Part shown: in pieces, positions 60,411 to 64,000 of the stretch
Position numbering within the stretch: the first letter of the stretch is position 1
Layout of the letters: the number at the start of each line of letters is the position of its first letter
NCBI RefSeq assembly: GCF_963921235.1
Contig: NC_086097.1
Location: 185,506,001-185,570,000 of the forward strand
DNA: 64,000 nucleotides
Origin: Mobula hypostoma
Taxonomy: Eukaryota
Direction of reading: 5' to 3'
Notes under the pieces: model-generated
Database searches by the model: none
What the model was told of the DNA's origin: nothing
The model's input: only the letters and a program-made list of their open reading frames with translations
Program-made: the position numbers and the translations under genes

Positions 60411-63095
60411 ATGGAGGTTGAGGAATTTATAAAGGCGCCGACCTTGGAGGCATTAGAGGATGCCAGGAAATCAGAATTGATAGCTGTGGCAAAACGGGTG
60501 AATCTTGCCAAGGTGAAGTCGACAATGAGGAGAGAGGAGATACACAGAGCTATTGTAGAGCACTATGTATCTAAAGGTGTGTTTCCCCAAGGTGAGCTGG
60601 GGGTGGTGTCTATTGAAAAACCTGCTGGAGACGCGGTACAGGTACAGCTTGAAAAACTGAGACTCGAGCACGAGTTCCGGGTACGGCAGTTAGAACACGA
60701 AGAGAAGCAGTTAGAAAGGCAGGAGAGAGAGTTAGAAAGGCGGGAGAAAGAGAGAGAGTTAGAAAGGCAGGAGAAAGAGAGAGAGTTAGAAAGGCAGGAG
60801 AAAGAGAGAGAGTTAGAAAGGCGGGAGAGAGAGAAAGAGTTAGAAAGGCGGGAGAGAGAAAGACAGTTGGAGAGAGAAGAGAGAGAGAGGGACAGGCAGT
60901 TGGAGAGAGAGGAGAAACAGAGGGAAAGGGAATTTGAGCTGGAGAAGTTAAAGATAAGGGCCGAGCAGGGGCTCGTGCCGAACCAAGGTGGAGGGTTCCG
61001 GGCGACCCAGGAGGTTAGGCTGGTTCCCCCATTTGACGATACCGATGTGGATCGGTACTTTCTCCACTTCGAAAAAGTAGCTATAAGTCAGGAATGGCCG
61101 AGGGATAAGTGGGTTGTCTTACTTCAGAGTGTACTGAAAGGGAAAGCCCAACAAGCTTACTCCGCTTTATCCGCGGAAGATGCCCAGAAGTATGAGGTGG
61201 TGAAGGAGGCCATCCTCAGGATTTATGAGTTGGTCCCGGAGGCATACCGGCAGAGGTTCCGGAATGCGAGGAAGCGGTGGGACCGCACGTATTTGGAGTT
61301 TGCTCGCGAGATGCAAACATATTGTGAGCGTTGGTGCGCCTCGAAAGGGGTAGAGGGGGATTATGACAGACTGCTGCAGCTGATTCTGATTGAGCAGTTT
61401 AAAGGTTGTGTCCCTGAGGGTATGAGACCCTACCTCGATGAGAAAGAGGCAGCCACGTTAGCCGCAACTGCTAAGTTAGCGGATGAGTATGCGTTGACGC
61501 ATAAAATGAAGTTTGCCTCGAGTAAAGGCTACCAGAAGGGTAGTCAGGACGGCGGGGAGAGTCCGCCGGAAAAGTCAGAAAGTAAGCCGGGGACTAGTGA
61601 AAAGGATAAGGTAGACCGGGAGCAGCCTGGTAGGAAGTCTCCTGGGGTCGTCTGTTATAATTGTGGGAAAGTCGGACACTTTGCGTCCAGGTGCTTTGCC
61701 CCAAGGAAGGAGACGGGGAAAGGAAAAGCGGAAATTTTGAATGGCTGTATTGAGCTGTTAAGCGAACCGCTAGGGAAGGACAGGTCTGAAAAAGTCCAGG
61801 AAGGGCGCGAGAGGTTTATCTCGGCCGGACTGGTGTCAGTGAAAAAGAGGTTAAAACCAGTTCCAGTGCGGATCTGGAGAGACACGGGAGCGTGTCAGTC
61901 ACTAATACTGAAGAGTGTATTAGAGTTTAGCTCAGAGACCCAGACTGGGGAGGTAGAGGTCAAAGGTGTTGGGGAAGGGACAGAGTCAGTCCCTTTGCAC
62001 CAGATACATTTACAGAGCAACCTGGTCTCTGGACTAGTCACGATCGGGGTGAGGTCCGAATTACCGATGAAAGACGTGGAAGTCTTGCTCGGTAATGACA
62101 TCGCCGGAGGAATCATGTTCCCAGTCGTGAGATTGACGGGTCAGCCTGCCAGCATGGAGGCCCCGCCCGCGATGGTGAATTTGGCTGAAACATTTCTGCC
62201 AACCTTGTATGAGACAGGGTGTAGTGAGATAAGAGGTAGTGAGGGAGCTGGGACGGACGTAGCAGTAGCCAGGAAAGAATTTGTGCAGACGCAGGAGCGA
62301 GACGAGGGGCTGATGGTTTTGGCCGAGACAGCTCTCTCTGACACAGCCTTGACAAGGGAACTAGTAGGCTATTGTGCGGATGAGGAAGTGCTAAGGAAGA
62401 AAGGGAAATCAAGTACAGCATCCGCAGATGAGGAGTGGGGGGTGGTGCAAAAGAGTTATGGGGATGAGGTTTTTAACATGGCCCACGAGGTACCCCCCGG
62501 TGGACATTTTGCGGTGCTGGAGGAAACAGTTGGTGGAATCATGAAAGAGAGTTACCGGCTGCCCAGGGGGAAAAATGTTATTGATCATGACCGACGCGAA
62601 CTGAGACGGTCACCGGCTTTTGATATGCTAACAAACCTAGTCGGTGTTAGCGTGGAAATCAATGAAGCTAGGGGCCCCTTGATAAGAGGAAAAAACCATT
62701 TTGAAAAGATTAGGATGGGATCGGTCAGATGGGAGAAGGCTATTGTTTTGGCCAGGTCTACTGATAAGGTCTCTCCCTTAATCCCCGAAGGAGTAATTAA
62801 ACGACTCGCACCCATGTGTTTGATTGTCCCGAGGAAATGCAAAGAACTGGGACGTTGGGTTATGTCGGTTACAATAGGGCGGCCAAGTAAACAACACCCA
62901 TATTTTTTGAGTAATTCAGTGACTAAAGGGCTGATGAACACAGAGGTGTGTATTGGCAATTTAACACGGCTGTCTGAAGCCAGCTTGATAGTGAACCTTG
63001 GAAAAAATGAATTCGGCCACGCGAATGTCACTTACCTGGGAATTGTGGTGACACAGGGGCAGCTGGCAGTGATGCAAGCTACAGTGCAGTGCTGA
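60411..63095 (+). CDS. Retrotransposon Gag-protease polyprotein with collapsed pol remnants (894 aa)
   Basis: Contains an E/R-rich coiled coil, a capsid/SCAN-like segment (VKEAILRIYELVPEAYRQRFR...LLQLILIEQF), a CCHC knuckle CYNCGKVGHFASRC (61653-61694) and an aspartic protease (RDTGACQSLI at ~61878, LLGNDI). These are followed by a partial integrase Zn finger (AHEVPPGGH) and RT fragments (KQHPY; NLGKNEFGHANVTYLGIVV). Confidence 0.9.
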   Translation: MEVEEFIKAPTLEALEDARKSELIAVAKRVNLAKVKSTMRREEIHRAIVEHYVSKGVFPQGELGVVSIEKPAGDAVQVQLEKLRLEHEFRVRQLEHEEKQLERQERELERREKERELERQEKERELERQEKERELERREREKELERRERERQLEREERERDRQLEREEKQREREFELEKLKIRAEQGLVPNQGGGFRATQEVRLVPPFDDTDVDRYFLHFEKVAISQEWPRDKWVVLLQSVLKGKAQQAYSALSAEDAQKYEVVKEAILRIYELVPEAYRQRFRNARKRWDRTYLEFAREMQTYCERWCASKGVEGDYDRLLQLILIEQFKGCVPEGMRPYLDEKEAATLAATAKLADEYALTHKMKFASSKGYQKGSQDGGESPPEKSESKPGTSEKDKVDREQPGRKSPGVVCYNCGKVGHFASRCFAPRKETGKGKAEILNGCIELLSEPLGKDRSEKVQEGRERFISAGLVSVKKRLKPVPVRIWRDTGACQSLILKSVLEFSSETQTGEVEVKGVGEGTESVPLHQIHLQSNLVSGLVTIGVRSELPMKDVEVLLGNDIAGGIMFPVVRLTGQPASMEAPPAMVNLAETFLPTLYETGCSEIRGSEGAGTDVAVARKEFVQTQERDEGLMVLAETALSDTALTRELVGYCADEEVLRKKGKSSTASADEEWGVVQKSYGDEVFNMAHEVPPGGHFAVLEETVGGIMKESYRLPRGKNVIDHDRRELRRSPAFDMLTNLVGVSVEINEARGPLIRGKNHFEKIRMGSVRWEKAIVLARSTDKVSPLIPEGVIKRLAPMCLIVPRKCKELGRWVMSVTIGRPSKQHPYFLSNSVTKGLMNTEVCIGNLTRLSEASLIVNLGKNEFGHANVTYLGIVVTQGQLAVMQATVQC

Positions 63096-63520
63096 CCTCC
63101 CAACCCCGACAGACAAGAGGGCCCTCAGAAGGCTTTTGGAGATGGTGGGGTACTGCAGGAAGTTTTGCAATAACTCTGCGGTCAATACCCGTCCCCCTCC
63201 TACTAAGCCCTTGCGAGGGAAAATTGAGTCGGAATGGGACGACCCTTGTTGTTGTGGTCCGGGACAAAACCAAATGAGAGGTTACATTGGTCGCAATTCA
63301 TCAGTGTTTTTGGCCACTATGAAGTTTGCTGAGTTGGAGCCTGGTCTAAGGGATTATTAATAACACGTGTAAAAGGAACAGAAAATGTGATGACTGTCTG
63401 TCAAGGTGTTGACAGCTTCAAATTCTCTGTATTAGCTAAATAACTGTTAAAGATGTATATTGTGTATGTATCAGATAATGTAGTCATGTTTGTAATTTTT
63501 ACCTCCCGGTAAAAATCCTT

Positions 63521-63532
63521 AAAGGGGGGAAG
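63521..63532 (+). promoter_or_regulatory. Polypurine tract
   Basis: aaaggggggaag lies immediately before the TG of the 3' LTR. Confidence 0.85.
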
Positions 63533-64000
63533 TGTTACGAGAATACACATAAAATTAAGATGTTTGCTGGCCTGGGCTAGCATCAGTGGCATCGGCAGTT
63601 GGTCTGCCACCTGCCCTCAGGGGAAGGAGAGATAAGGAACAATGGAGCAGCGTCTGGAGATGTGTAATGAAGGGATGTGGGAGGAAGAGCTGTCTGGAGC
63701 GGCTCCCCCCTTTGAACCCTGAACTGTTTGAAGTGATGGACAGGCGATACCCCAGCAGGGGGATAAAAAGGGACAGGTTCGCTAAGACAGACACACACGC
63801 CACCCGAGGTAACGAGACCCTGGAAGCGGTGCGCTTCTCACGAGTGGGTGAGAAGTCCCAGACAACGACAAGGGTGGAAAGGTACGATCAGCGGGAACCC
63901 GGTGTGTGTCCGCCCTTGCCTGGGTGCCGGGTTCACTGCAGAGGATCGACCGCATCTGGAGGAGGGGTCACAGTCGGTGGCCTCAGGTGACATCACCAAG
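63533..64000 (+). repeat. 3' LTR (partial, truncated by window end)
   Basis: Matches 59433-59900 at 466/468 positions by eye. The differences are at 59772/63872 and 59837/63937. Confidence 0.95.

Larger units (their letters stand above)
59433..64000 (+). mobile_element. Young non-autonomous Ty3/Gypsy (Gmr1-like) LTR retrotransposon; 3' LTR runs off the window
   Basis: Direct repeats start at 59433 and 63533 (tgttacgaga...). The 5' LTR ends ...cgtaaca at 60311. PBS-like and PPT motifs are in the expected places. The internal ORF encodes Gag and protease plus degenerate IN, RT and RH remnants. Confidence 0.95.

Noticed and set aside
62585..63031. 148-aa antisense ORF or env-like gene in the LTR element
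   Set aside because: It is a shadow of the main ORF. No signal peptide, furin site or transmembrane segment was seen, and there is no room for env before the PPT.

Overview
This is eukaryotic, repeat-rich vertebrate DNA. The repeat content (CR1, Penelope-like, Rex1/Babar, L1-clade and tRNA-derived SINEs) suggests a cartilaginous fish, probably a ray; that assignment is inference. One host gene is present on the minus strand: seven GT-AG coding exons (58364 to 23314) that splice in frame into 284 aa plus stop and closely resemble LRRC69. Its first exon(s) lie beyond base 64000. Most other sequence is transposon-derived or unassigned AT-rich intron/intergenic DNA. Three things stand out. (1) A very young LTR retrotransposon starting at 59433 (2 differences in the 468 LTR bp that can be compared). 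Its single 894-aa ORF has an intact Gag and protease followed by an in-frame patchwork of catalytically dead pol remnants in Gmr1-type order (PR-IN-RT-RH). (2) Many minimal hammerhead-ribozyme motifs in Penelope pseudo-LTRs, including a 217-bp palindromic insertion centred on the ribozyme core and flanked by a 14-bp target-site duplication (TSD). (3) Several clean nested insertions with readable TSDs. No CRISPR arrays, rRNA or bona fide tRNA genes were found. All family assignments come from motif recognition by eye, not database searches.
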